The translations under genes and the position numbers were made by a program. A DNA stretch of 63,644 nt from Campylobacterales bacterium (GTDB lineage Bacteria > Campylobacterota > Campylobacteria > Campylobacterales > QNZT01): NCBI GenBank assembly GCA_016744895.1, contig JADGDK010000002.1, positions 1 through 63,644 of the forward strand, in the 5' to 3' direction. Position 1 is the first letter of the stretch. Every line of letters starts with the position of its first letter. Under the pieces are notes generated by a model. It did not search any database. It saw nothing but the letters and a program-made list of their open reading frames with translations, and was not told the origin of the DNA. Positions 10,902 through 19,698 of this stretch are shown here, piece by piece.

Positions 10902-11549
10902 ATGAAAAAAACACTTATTTATTCATTGGTAGTAGCAGCATTTTTAGTAGGATGTGGTGATAAAGAGGGTGCTAGCATTGCTAGTTCAGTTAAAGAGACA
11001 GCAAGTAATGTTGCTGAGAAAACAACTGAGACTACAGCAAGTGTAGTTGAGAAAACTAAAGAGGTTGCTAAAGAAGCAGCAACAAGTGCAGTTGAAGTTG
11101 TTAAAGAGGGCGGCGATGTTGCTGTTGCTGCTAAAGATGCTGTTACTAAGACAGCTGCTAGTGCAGTAGAGTCAACTAAAGAAGCAACAATGTTAGCAGT
11201 AGATGTTGTAAAAGATGCAGGTTCTGAAGTAGTTGAAAAAGCTGAAGAAGTAGTAAGTGATGCAACTGCAGCAGTAGCTGGAGCAGCTGCATCAGCTGGT
11301 GATTCTATTGCAGGTGTGTCAGCTTATACAAAATGTAAAGCATGTCATGGTGCAAATGCTGAGAAAAAAGCACTTGGTACTAGTAAAATCATCGCAGGAT
11401 GGGATGCAGCTGAAACTGTAAAAGCTATGAATGGTTATAAAGATGGTACTTACGGTGGTGCTATGAAAGGTGTTATGAAAGGTCAAGTAGCAACTATGAG
11501 TGATGCAGACATTGCAAATGTTGCAGCATATATCGCTACGTTGAAATAA
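10902..11549 (+). CDS. Lipid-anchored c553-type monoheme cytochrome with long repetitive linker
   Basis: Lipobox FLVGC, ~110 aa A/V/E/K/T-rich linker, CKACH, YGGAMKGVMKGQ distal Met region. Confidence 0.9.
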   Translation: MKKTLIYSLVVAAFLVGCGDKEGASIASSVKETASNVAEKTTETTASVVEKTKEVAKEAATSAVEVVKEGGDVAVAAKDAVTKTAASAVESTKEATMLAVDVVKDAGSEVVEKAEEVVSDATAAVAGAAASAGDSIAGVSAYTKCKACHGANAEKKALGTSKIIAGWDAAETVKAMNGYKDGTYGGAMKGVMKGQVATMSDADIANVAAYIATLK

Positions 11550-11581
11550 ATTTCAAGGTAGAAGACTTATATTGTAATTCT

Positions 11582-11616
11582 GGAAAAGGAGCGCGTATTT
11601 GTAACGCTCCTTTTCC
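11582..11616. terminator. Bidirectional terminator-like hairpin
   Basis: GGAAAAGGAGCG / CGCTCCTTTTCC 12-bp stem between convergent genes. Confidence 0.75.
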
Positions 11617-11664
11617 TATACTAAACGTTGAGTTTCACACAGTGTGATTTTATACTTGACCTTT

Positions 11665-12873
11665 TTATGAAGTAAACTCTTTAAAATCTTCTCTTAAAAA
11701 ATTCCATCTTATTGGTATAAATTTAACATAATCATCTTGTTTTAATTCATTTTTATCTGCATTTATAATGATTATTCCATTACAGTGATTTAAAACATTT
11801 ACCATTCCCGGTGCAAATTTCTTTAAAGGTGTAAAAGTTGTGCCATCAAATGTTCCAGGTATGATATTTGATAATGGTCGGTTTGATAGGATTTTTTGTG
11901 ATAATTTAGCTGTTATTCCATCATGATAACAAGCTTTTTGTCCACTGAGCTTGCTAATCATAAACTTACCAAATACCTCAAAGTTTAAAGCAGATGCAAG
12001 TGGGTTTCCAGGAAGATTCAAAATGAGTGTTTTCCCTATTTTCCCAAATGTAGTAGGCTTTCCTGGCTTTATTTGAACTTTGCTAAAAAATGTTTCCATA
12101 CCAAGTTGTCCAAATGCCTCTTTTGTATAGTCTGCTTCTCCAACACTTACACCTCCACTAGTGACAATGATATCGCAATCAAGAGTAGATTTGATAAGGT
12201 TTTTGAGTGACTCTATATTGTCATCACTTTTTCCAACAAATCGTGTTTGACATCCTAACTCTTCACTTCGTGAAAGTAGATAAGGTGTATTAGAGTTATA
12301 AATTTGTGAATCATTAAGTCTTTCATGATGTAGTTTTAACTCACTACCTGTAGCAAAGATTCCAATACTTATTTTACGATAGACTTCTACATGAGTGATA
12401 CCTTGGCTGGCTAACAACCCTATATGTGAAGCGTTAATGACATCTCCAAGGTTGAGGATTATCTCACCTTTATTTATATCTTCACCAATATATCTAATAT
12501 TTGCGCCTACCGCAACAGGTTGTTCAATTGTTATAGAAGTTTCACGCTCTTGGGTATTTTCTTGTGGAATAATAGTCTCAACACTTTTAGGAACATTTGC
12601 ACCTGTTAAAATTTTAATACATTCCCCATCTTTTAATACATAAGTTTGACTATCACCAGCTAAAAGTTTTCCTATTATAGTATAAGAACTTGCTTCACCT
12701 TTTAACCCATAGCCATCCATTGCAGAATTATTAAAAGTTGGTAAAGAAATAGTTGCTAGGTAACTTTTAGAAGATACACGAGCGATAGCATTTTCTATAG
12801 GAATAGTTTCTGTAGAAAGAGGAGGGAGATGTTTTTCTATAAGGTTTAGCGCTTCATAGATAGTAACAGCCAT
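11665..12873 (-). CDS. moeA: Molybdopterin molybdotransferase
   Basis: PTFNNSAMDGY, TGSEL, YNSN, SGGVSVGEADYTK, IKPGKP, LPGNP; ATG 12873 behind AAGGA. Confidence 0.95.
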   Translation of the reverse strand: MAVTIYEALNLIEKHLPPLSTETIPIENAIARVSSKSYLATISLPTFNNSAMDGYGLKGEASSYTIIGKLLAGDSQTYVLKDGECIKILTGANVPKSVETIIPQENTQERETSITIEQPVAVGANIRYIGEDINKGEIILNLGDVINASHIGLLASQGITHVEVYRKISIGIFATGSELKLHHERLNDSQIYNSNTPYLLSRSEELGCQTRFVGKSDDNIESLKNLIKSTLDCDIIVTSGGVSVGEADYTKEAFGQLGMETFFSKVQIKPGKPTTFGKIGKTLILNLPGNPLASALNFEVFGKFMISKLSGQKACYHDGITAKLSQKILSNRPLSNIIPGTFDGTTFTPLKKFAPGMVNVLNHCNGIIIINADKNELKQDDYVKFIPIRWNFLREDFKEFTS

Positions 12874-12906
12874 AAAAATCCTTTTTAGATCTATTATACC
12901 CAAGTG

Positions 12907-12933
12907 TAAAGAAATAATTTCATGTGTCGATGT
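12907..12933 (+). promoter_or_regulatory. Sigma28-type promoter of pilin 1
   Basis: TAAA(12907-10)-N15-GTCGATGT(12926-33). Confidence 0.65.
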
Positions 12934-12969
12934 AGGAAGTAAGAAATAAAATGGTTTAAGGAATTTTCT

Positions 12970-13653
12970 ATGAAAAGAAATGGTTTTACAATGGTAGAGT
13001 TAATTTTTGTGATTATTATTATTGGTATATTAAGTGTTGCTGCGATACCTAAATTTGGTGATATCAAGGATAGAGCAAAAGTAAATACTGAATATAGTGC
13101 TTTATCAGGTTTAGATAGTGCAATTGTTGCTGCTATGGAATTTCACGCTGATGATAATGATGGTAATATTGGCGTTATTTGGAGTCCAGACCCAGATGGA
13201 AATGAACAAACATATAATGCTGCTAATGCAGCTGGTGAAGTATTCAATAAAATTGCAAAAAAAGGTGATAATCTAGAGATATTAAAATATATCAATATGG
13301 ATGAAAATGGTAGTGTATCTGCTACAGCCAATAGTGGATCTAATGGCGCTTATGACATCTTATTTATTACGGGGGCGGCTTCAGATTCATCTACAGGAGT
13401 AAAACAGCCAACTGCTGAGACTGTTGGAAAACCTGATAAAAATGATTTTTGGATATTTAATGGCAGTCCTGTAACTGTTTATGTGAACCATTTTGCTGAT
13501 ATAGCAGCACAAACAGTAATTGAAAGTGGAGAGATAAAGCTTATTGATAATGATGCTATTGTTACTGATTTTACAAATGTTGGAGCTACAGGTACATCAA
13601 CTGAAGTTGGTGTATCTTTGGCAAGTGGTGGTGCAATTTTAACAGTTCAATAA
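12970..13653 (+). CDS. Type IV major pilin-like protein 1
   Basis: Class III signal NG|FTMVELI, hydrophobic helix with P22; GKPDKNDFW motif. Confidence 0.9.
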   Translation: MKRNGFTMVELIFVIIIIGILSVAAIPKFGDIKDRAKVNTEYSALSGLDSAIVAAMEFHADDNDGNIGVIWSPDPDGNEQTYNAANAAGEVFNKIAKKGDNLEILKYINMDENGSVSATANSGSNGAYDILFITGAASDSSTGVKQPTAETVGKPDKNDFWIFNGSPVTVYVNHFADIAAQTVIESGEIKLIDNDAIVTDFTNVGATGTSTEVGVSLASGGAILTVQ

Positions 13654-13670
13654 CTTATAATAAGACTCAT

Positions 13671-13700
13671 AAGGTATATAAAGTATATTTTATATACCTT
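13671..13700 (+). terminator. Terminator after pilin 1
   Basis: AAGGTATATAAA / TTTATATACCTT 12-bp stem. Confidence 0.7.
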
Positions 13701-13709
13701 TAACCTTTC

Positions 13710-13776
13710 TACACAATATATAAAATAATATTTACTATTCATCTTCTCAATCTTGCCGATTTACACAATATATAAA
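13710..13776 (+). repeat. 15-bp direct repeat TACACAATATATAAA flanking pilin 2 promoter
   Basis: Exact copies at 13710-13724 and 13762-13776. Confidence 0.85.
13754..13762 (+). promoter_or_regulatory. Sigma28-type -10 box of pilin 2
   Basis: TGCCGATTT, GCCGAT starts 39 nt before ATG; -35 weak (TATT). Confidence 0.55.
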
Positions 13777-13793
13777 GATAAAAAGGACAAATC

Positions 13794-14498
13794 ATGAAAA
13801 GAAATGGTTTTACTATGATTGAATTAATTGTCGTAATTGTAATTATAGGTATTTTAGCCACTGTATCACTTCCAAAGTTTACTAATGTCAAAGATATGGC
13901 AAAAGCCAATAGTGAGCTATCAAGCGTATATAGCCTTGATCCGGCAATCATGGCTGCAATTGAGTATCGTAGTAAAAGTTATGGTGATACAAAAGTAAAT
14001 TGGCATCATTATGATGATATGAATGATACAGTTAGTGGAAATAGAGCAGGTCACTATAAGGACATTAATGAAGAACATTTAGTGTTTTCTAAAATTGCTA
14101 AACGAAACAAAGATTTTGAGATTATAGGATGGAAAGCTATTGATTCACTTGGCAATTCATCTTATAATGATGGACTTTATTATGATGCAATTGCACTTAA
14201 AGTAGAAGCTACAAAAGCAGATACAGGTGCAAGATATCCAACAGATGCCCCAGGACTTGATGTTGAAGGAGAACCTGATCGTAATGATTTTTGGGTATTT
14301 AACCCTTCAAGGATTGATTTAAGTATTACAACAAGAAATGCAAGATCTCCTATCAATTCAACAATAGTTGCATCTGGTGAGATTAAACTTATAGATGTTA
14401 ATGGGACAGCACCTGTAGTTGCTGTTACTGATATTGGTATGACAGGTCTTACCAATAATACAGCTGCTGTATATTATTTTAGTGCCACTGCACAATAA
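13794..14498 (+). CDS. Type IV major pilin-like protein 2
   Basis: NG|FTMIELI; GEPDRNDFW and SGEIKLID motifs shared with paralogs. Confidence 0.9.
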   Translation: MKRNGFTMIELIVVIVIIGILATVSLPKFTNVKDMAKANSELSSVYSLDPAIMAAIEYRSKSYGDTKVNWHHYDDMNDTVSGNRAGHYKDINEEHLVFSKIAKRNKDFEIIGWKAIDSLGNSSYNDGLYYDAIALKVEATKADTGARYPTDAPGLDVEGEPDRNDFWVFNPSRIDLSITTRNARSPINSTIVASGEIKLIDVNGTAPVVAVTDIGMTGLTNNTAAVYYFSATAQ

Positions 14499-14503
14499 AA
14501 ACT

Positions 14504-14541
14504 TTTGTTATAAAGATAGATTTTTCTATTTTTGTAACAAA
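14504..14541 (+). terminator. Terminator-like hairpin after pilin 2
   Basis: TTTGTTATAAAGATAGA / TCTATTTTTGTAACAAA stem with G-U pairs. Confidence 0.55.
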
Positions 14542-14603
14542 TTATTACATAACTAAAAAAAATTAACCTAATTTATCTTTATAAGTTCATATTTAGTTTA
14601 CCT

Positions 14604-14612
14604 TGTCGATAT
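14604..14612 (+). promoter_or_regulatory. Sigma28-type -10 box of pilin 3
   Basis: TGTCGATAT, GTCGAT starts 40 nt before ATG; -35 weak. Confidence 0.55.
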
Positions 14613-14644
14613 AATAGTATATAAAAACATACTAGGACAAGATT

Positions 14645-15286
14645 ATGATAAAACGAAATGGCTTTACTATGATAGAACTTATCTCTGTAATTGTAATTAT
14701 CGGTATACTCTCATCGATAGCAATTCCAAAATTTACTGGTGTAAAAGATCAAGCAAATAAATCAACGGAACTTGCAACAGCAGCTTCAATTGGTGTAGCG
14801 TTAGAGTCTATTCATGGAACTTGGAGTATTAGTGATGGAGATTTTGACTGGAATAATGATGGTGTGGATGATAATATAGATGTAGACTTGTCTGAAAGTG
14901 GTTATCCTTTAGATCTTTCTAGAAATGAAGATGCCCTTGGTGCTTTAATCAAATCTTCTGGAAATAGTGGCTTTAAAAAACAGACTTTAGGTACATTAAA
15001 TGACATTGCAAACAGCATATTTTCAATATATACAGCAAAAGCATCAGATCCTACAACGGGAGTCAATGCGTCAAAAGAGATAGAGGGTAAACCAGATAAA
15101 AATGATTTTTGGCTTTATATGGCAGATACCAATTCGACACAGAAATGCTTTGTGAGTACAAGCGCAAGTAAAGAGAGACAAATCATGAGTGGAGATTTTA
15201 TGCTTATTGATGTCAATAGCTCCTCTCCTACTAGCTTTTTAGATGATGATCTTGGTTTATCATTTAAAATAGAGTGTCGTTCATAA
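14645..15286 (+). CDS. Type IV major pilin-like protein 3
   Basis: NG|FTMIELI; GKPDKNDFW, SGDFMLID; C-terminal Cys pair. Confidence 0.9.
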   Translation: MIKRNGFTMIELISVIVIIGILSSIAIPKFTGVKDQANKSTELATAASIGVALESIHGTWSISDGDFDWNNDGVDDNIDVDLSESGYPLDLSRNEDALGALIKSSGNSGFKKQTLGTLNDIANSIFSIYTAKASDPTTGVNASKEIEGKPDKNDFWLYMADTNSTQKCFVSTSASKERQIMSGDFMLIDVNSSSPTSFLDDDLGLSFKIECRS

Positions 15287-15288
15287 CA

Positions 15289-16530
15289 CTATTGGCTAAC
15301 AACTTCAGCCATAGACCACATAGGTAGAAAGATACCAAGGGCTAAGAGCGTGACAAAACCGGCGAGTGCAGCGATCATGATAGGTTCAATATATGTTGAA
15401 ATATTGTCAACTAAATCGTTGTATTTGGCATTATAGTAGCTATCAACTTTTTCCAGCATCTTATTGAGTGATCCACTGGTCTCTCCTGCTTTAATCATTT
15501 GGATGATCATATTTTCAAACTGACCACTACCTTTAAATCCTTGGGTCAGTGTCTTTCCTTCCTCTATTGACTCTTCAACCATAGTAAAGCGCTCTTTTAA
15601 GTAATCATTCTCAACAATATTTTTTGCAATTCCTAATGACTTAATGATAGGAATACCTGAATTTGTAAGCTTGTTAAAAACAAACATAAATCTTCCTGTC
15701 ATAGAGAGATGTGTTATTTTTCCAATAAGATAAATATTTAATATATATTTATCTATGAAATATTTGTATTTGCCTTTTTTATTGTAGAGTGTGATATGTA
15801 CAAAAATAATAGCAATGATAGCGATCAATAAAAATAGTCCACTGTCCCTTATAAAAGTTTCGATATTTAAAAGCAATTGCGTAGGCAGTGGAAGCTCGGC
15901 ACCATTGTCTTCAAACATCTCTTTAAATTGTGGAACAACCATAGTGATTACAGCTATAAAAGCTCCTATCATAGCTGTAATCACTATCGCTGGATAACGA
16001 AGGGCTGATTTAAGTTTTTTACGATTTTGATGGATTTCATCTAGAATATTTGAGAGTTTTATAACTGATTCTGAGAGTTCACCTGTTTGTTCACCGAGAC
16101 TGATTATAGAGTAGGAAAGATTGCCAAGCTCATAAGCATAATCTTCAAATGCTTCAGTGATGCTACTTCCTGATTCGACTTTGAGTGCGATTTGTCCGAA
16201 AATTTCTCTTAAGTGGACACTATCAGTTGTATTCACTACTTCCATAAAACATTGGTTGACTGGAATTCCAGCATCAAGCATTACCCCTAATTGTCTAAGA
16301 GAGGCGATATAAGGTTCTAATTTTATTCTTTTCTTTAAAGTTCTTTTTTTAGCAGATTCTATATAGTTTTGGATACGAAGAGTCAATGGTTCATTTATCT
16401 CATGCATCGAAACCATAATTCCAAGTGTTTTTTCCTGAAACTGTTTAAGTGCATCTATCTTGTGTGGTGACTCAATAATTGTTTTGTGTTTTTCACCACC
16501 TATGAGATAAATTACTTCAAAATACTTCAT
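15289..16530 (-). CDS. mshG: Pilus platform protein PilC/GspF (MshG/CtsF-like)
   Basis: RQLGVMLDAGIP, GEQTGEL, SALRYP, LPLPT, AGETSGSL, IEP, GIFLPMW. Confidence 0.9.
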   Translation of the reverse strand: MKYFEVIYLIGGEKHKTIIESPHKIDALKQFQEKTLGIMVSMHEINEPLTLRIQNYIESAKKRTLKKRIKLEPYIASLRQLGVMLDAGIPVNQCFMEVVNTTDSVHLREIFGQIALKVESGSSITEAFEDYAYELGNLSYSIISLGEQTGELSESVIKLSNILDEIHQNRKKLKSALRYPAIVITAMIGAFIAVITMVVPQFKEMFEDNGAELPLPTQLLLNIETFIRDSGLFLLIAIIAIIFVHITLYNKKGKYKYFIDKYILNIYLIGKITHLSMTGRFMFVFNKLTNSGIPIIKSLGIAKNIVENDYLKERFTMVEESIEEGKTLTQGFKGSGQFENMIIQMIKAGETSGSLNKMLEKVDSYYNAKYNDLVDNISTYIEPIMIAALAGFVTLLALGIFLPMWSMAEVVSQ

Positions 16531-18191
16531 GTTTTAACAACCCTCAATACTTCTTCCAAAGTAGTTGTAGATTCCAATGCTTTACCAATTCCATCTATTA
16601 GCATTGGTTCAAATCCACTTCTTAATGCTTCTTGGTAGATCTCATGTTTGTTTTTATCTTCAGATATTTGAGTTGATATATTCTCTGTAATTTGGAGTAT
16701 TTCACAGATCATAATTCTTCCTTTGTAGCCACTAAATTCACATTTTGGACATCCCTTTCCTGTGTAAAATGTATAATCTTCAGGAAGATGATGGTGTATT
16801 TTTTTGATAAGAGGAAGTTGAGGTTTATGTTCTATTTTACACTCAGGACAGATTTTTCGTACTAAACGCTGGGTTACAATCCCTACAAGAGAATCAGCGA
16901 TAAGATAGGATTGAAGTCCCATTTGTACAAGTCTTGTAATCGCACTAGGTGCATCATTTGTATGTAGGGTTGAAAATACTAAGTGACCAGTCAAAGAGGC
17001 ACCTACCGCAGTATTTAGAGTTTCATCATCACGAATCTCACCTACCATGATAATATCTGGATCTTGTCTAAGTACTGATTTTAAAACATGGTTAAATGTA
17101 TAGCCTATTTTGTCATTTGTCTGCATCTGTTGTACAAGAGGCAGTTGGTACTCGATAGGATCTTCAATAGTAATAATTTTATTTTCAATATCTTTGATAT
17201 CATTTAGTGCAGCATAAAGAGAAGTCGTTTTTCCACTTCCTGTAGGACCCGTCACAAAAACAACACCATATGGTGAATCAAGTAAGGTTTGAAATTTTTT
17301 CAGATTTTTTTCATTCATTCCTAATTGATCAAGTTTGAGAAGAATTTTTTGTTGGTCTAAAATCCGCATTACAATAGACTCTCCATGTAGTGTGGGTGCA
17401 GTTGAGAGTCTAAAATCATATTTACTATTATTGACATTCATTGAAAATCTACCATCTTGGGATCTTCTCTTTTCAGAAATATCAAGATTCCCTAAAATTT
17501 TGATACGAGAGGCAAGCGCATTGTAAATCTCGATATCCAAAATAAAAACTTCTCGAAGGATTCCATCAACTCTATTTCTTACTGAAACATCAATATCATT
17601 TGGTTCTATATGAATATCACTTGCTCCATTTCTAACAGCAGTTTTAAGAATTTGTTCAATGAGTTGCATGATAGAGCTTTGTTCATTGTCAAGTTTAAAC
17701 TCTTTTGAATGGATTTCATCTTTTACTTTTTGCATAAGCGATTGTGTAGTTTCGATAATCTCAAATCGTTCATATAAATGTCTAATATCTGACTTTAGAG
17801 AGATATAGTACTTAATTGGTTTTACCACAATGTTTCGTTCTAGTAGCTCCATGTTGTCATAGTTTAAGGGATCTGAAATTGCGATATGGATAAAGTCTTC
17901 ATCTTCTTTAATGATAATGGCATCTGCACTTTTGAGTATATTAAGGGAAAAGTTTTTTAGTACTGTAAAGTTGATATTGATGCTGTAAAGATCGATAAAT
18001 TCATATTCTAATTGAGAAGCAAGGACTTGGGCAAACTCTTTTTCACCTATGAGTCCCTCATCAATAAAAATTTCACCAAGTTTTTTTGAAAAGTTACTAT
18101 CTTTTTGCACACCAAGTGCATGCATCAATTGATCTTGTGTGATTTTTCCTTCATCAATGAGAATATCACCGATCCTAAGAGTTTTTCGCAT
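16527..18191 (-). CDS. mshE: Pilus extension ATPase PilB/GspE with N-terminal MshEN domain (MshE/CtsE-like)
   Basis: RIGDILIDEGKIT...LGVQ and KLGEIFIDEGLI MshEN repeats; ASDIHIEP, GPTGSGKTT, LRQDPDIIMVGEIRD, tetracysteine Zn motif. Confidence 0.93.
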   Translation of the reverse strand: MRKTLRIGDILIDEGKITQDQLMHALGVQKDSNFSKKLGEIFIDEGLIGEKEFAQVLASQLEYEFIDLYSININFTVLKNFSLNILKSADAIIIKEDEDFIHIAISDPLNYDNMELLERNIVVKPIKYYISLKSDIRHLYERFEIIETTQSLMQKVKDEIHSKEFKLDNEQSSIMQLIEQILKTAVRNGASDIHIEPNDIDVSVRNRVDGILREVFILDIEIYNALASRIKILGNLDISEKRRSQDGRFSMNVNNSKYDFRLSTAPTLHGESIVMRILDQQKILLKLDQLGMNEKNLKKFQTLLDSPYGVVFVTGPTGSGKTTSLYAALNDIKDIENKIITIEDPIEYQLPLVQQMQTNDKIGYTFNHVLKSVLRQDPDIIMVGEIRDDETLNTAVGASLTGHLVFSTLHTNDAPSAITRLVQMGLQSYLIADSLVGIVTQRLVRKICPECKIEHKPQLPLIKKIHHHLPEDYTFYTGKGCPKCEFSGYKGRIMICEILQITENISTQISEDKNKHEIYQEALRSGFEPMLIDGIGKALESTTTLEEVLRVVKT

Positions 18192-18237
18192 TGTAGATAC
18201 CTTGAAATATCTGATAGGAATAATCCTATCAGTTGTG

Positions 18238-18885
18238 TTATTTCAAGTTATCTAGCAAATTTTGTACCTCTTTTGAATTAGTATGTTTTAGATAGATAGA
18301 AAGTGCTTTTTGTGCCACTTTTGTTTTGCCTAAAGAGGCTTTTGATTTTGCATAAAGAATCCATGGAAGACTCTGTTTTGGATCTTTTTTACTAGCTTTT
18401 ACTGCCCAAGTGACAGCTTTTTCATAATCCTTTTCTTCAAAATAAAAACTTGCAACATTGACTGCAGAGTGATAACTATTTTGTTCTTTATCTTTTGTTA
18501 AGAGTGAATAGAGATTTTTACGCTCTTTTACTTCAAGCTGAAATGGATTACTTTTTTCAATTTTCTTTTCACTTCGTTTATAAACTTTATTTGGAAGTTC
18601 TTCTGTTTTTGGAGTGGCAACTTTGATTCTATTTGGTGCCTTATCTTCAGGTTGTTTTATTGTATTTTTAATTTCTTTATCTGTAGTGATTGTAGGGGTA
18701 TTGATATCTGCTTCAGGAGTAGTCATTTTAAAGCTATTGACAATAAACTCACTTTTACTAATAAAAAAGAATCCACCAGCAATAATTGCAGTAAGTCCTA
18801 AAAGTGAGAGTAGTTTTTTGCGTCTTCTTTCACTTGTATGTCTCTCATATTTTCTAACAAGTTCTCCAAAGTTATTATTTAACAT
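18238..18885 (-). CDS. TM + TPR protein (MshN/CtsX-like)
   Basis: N-terminal TM, linker, C-terminal TPR (YEKAVTWAVKA, PWILYAKS); position between ATPases. Confidence 0.7.
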   Translation of the reverse strand: MLNNNFGELVRKYERHTSERRRKKLLSLLGLTAIIAGGFFFISKSEFIVNSFKMTTPEADINTPTITTDKEIKNTIKQPEDKAPNRIKVATPKTEELPNKVYKRSEKKIEKSNPFQLEVKERKNLYSLLTKDKEQNSYHSAVNVASFYFEEKDYEKAVTWAVKASKKDPKQSLPWILYAKSKASLGKTKVAQKALSIYLKHTNSKEVQNLLDNLK

Positions 18886-19681
18886 CTATAAGTCCTATAT
18901 CGATAGCTGCCATAGTAAGTGTTTTTGTATTCACTTTTGTATAGTTTTTATTTAAATCCTCTTTATGCGCAATATTCATAATTTCAAAAAGTGTTTTAAC
19001 CAGTTTTTTAGTAGTTCTAAAATTTCTTTTTGTGTAAAGTCCTATTTGCTTATAATGTCTATTTTTAAAAAGAGATGCTAATTCTGATAGGTTATTAGAT
19101 ATAAGACGGTTTTCTATATATCTTGAAACTTCATGGTCTTGAAGTGCATCTAATTCGATAAGTCTTGTAGTCCTTGATTTAAAGTGGTCTTTTTCTAATA
19201 TATATTGACCCTCTTTTTTATGCATAGAAAGCACAAATTGAAAAATTTTCTGATCACTCAAAATTCTGATAAGTTCAATTTGGTCTTCTGTTAAAAGTTG
19301 TGCTTCATCGATAAAAATTGTATATTCTAAGTTATTGAAGTTTTTTCTTAGATTTGAGATAAGTGCTTCGGTGGTAAGTTCATTTCTTTCAATGTTTTTT
19401 CCAGCAAGGGAGAGAAGAATTTCTAAAAACTCTTTATCATCAAAGTATGGATGTGTGAAATATTTTGCAACTCTTACATTTTGAACTTTTTTAGTGATAA
19501 AATTTAATAAAAAGCTTTTACCGCTTCCTGGAGCACCTAGAAGAAAAACTAATGGTGTATCGTGTGCTGTGATTGCATCAATTAAACTTTTTTTAGCATA
19601 TTCAAATGTCAGAGAGTCAAAATATCCACCCAAATCAAAGTTGTCACTAAATAACTCTTTTGCAACAGCATATTGGTTCAT
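18875..19681 (-). CDS. ExeA-family AAA ATPase (MshM/CtsP-like)
   Basis: GAPGSGKS Walker A, IFIDEAQ Walker B, MAAIDIGL C-terminus. Confidence 0.85.
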   Translation of the reverse strand: MNQYAVAKELFSDNFDLGGYFDSLTFEYAKKSLIDAITAHDTPLVFLLGAPGSGKSFLLNFITKKVQNVRVAKYFTHPYFDDKEFLEILLSLAGKNIERNELTTEALISNLRKNFNNLEYTIFIDEAQLLTEDQIELIRILSDQKIFQFVLSMHKKEGQYILEKDHFKSRTTRLIELDALQDHEVSRYIENRLISNNLSELASLFKNRHYKQIGLYTKRNFRTTKKLVKTLFEIMNIAHKEDLNKNYTKVNTKTLTMAAIDIGLIDVK

Positions 19682-19698
19682 TCTGCCTCTTTTAAGAT

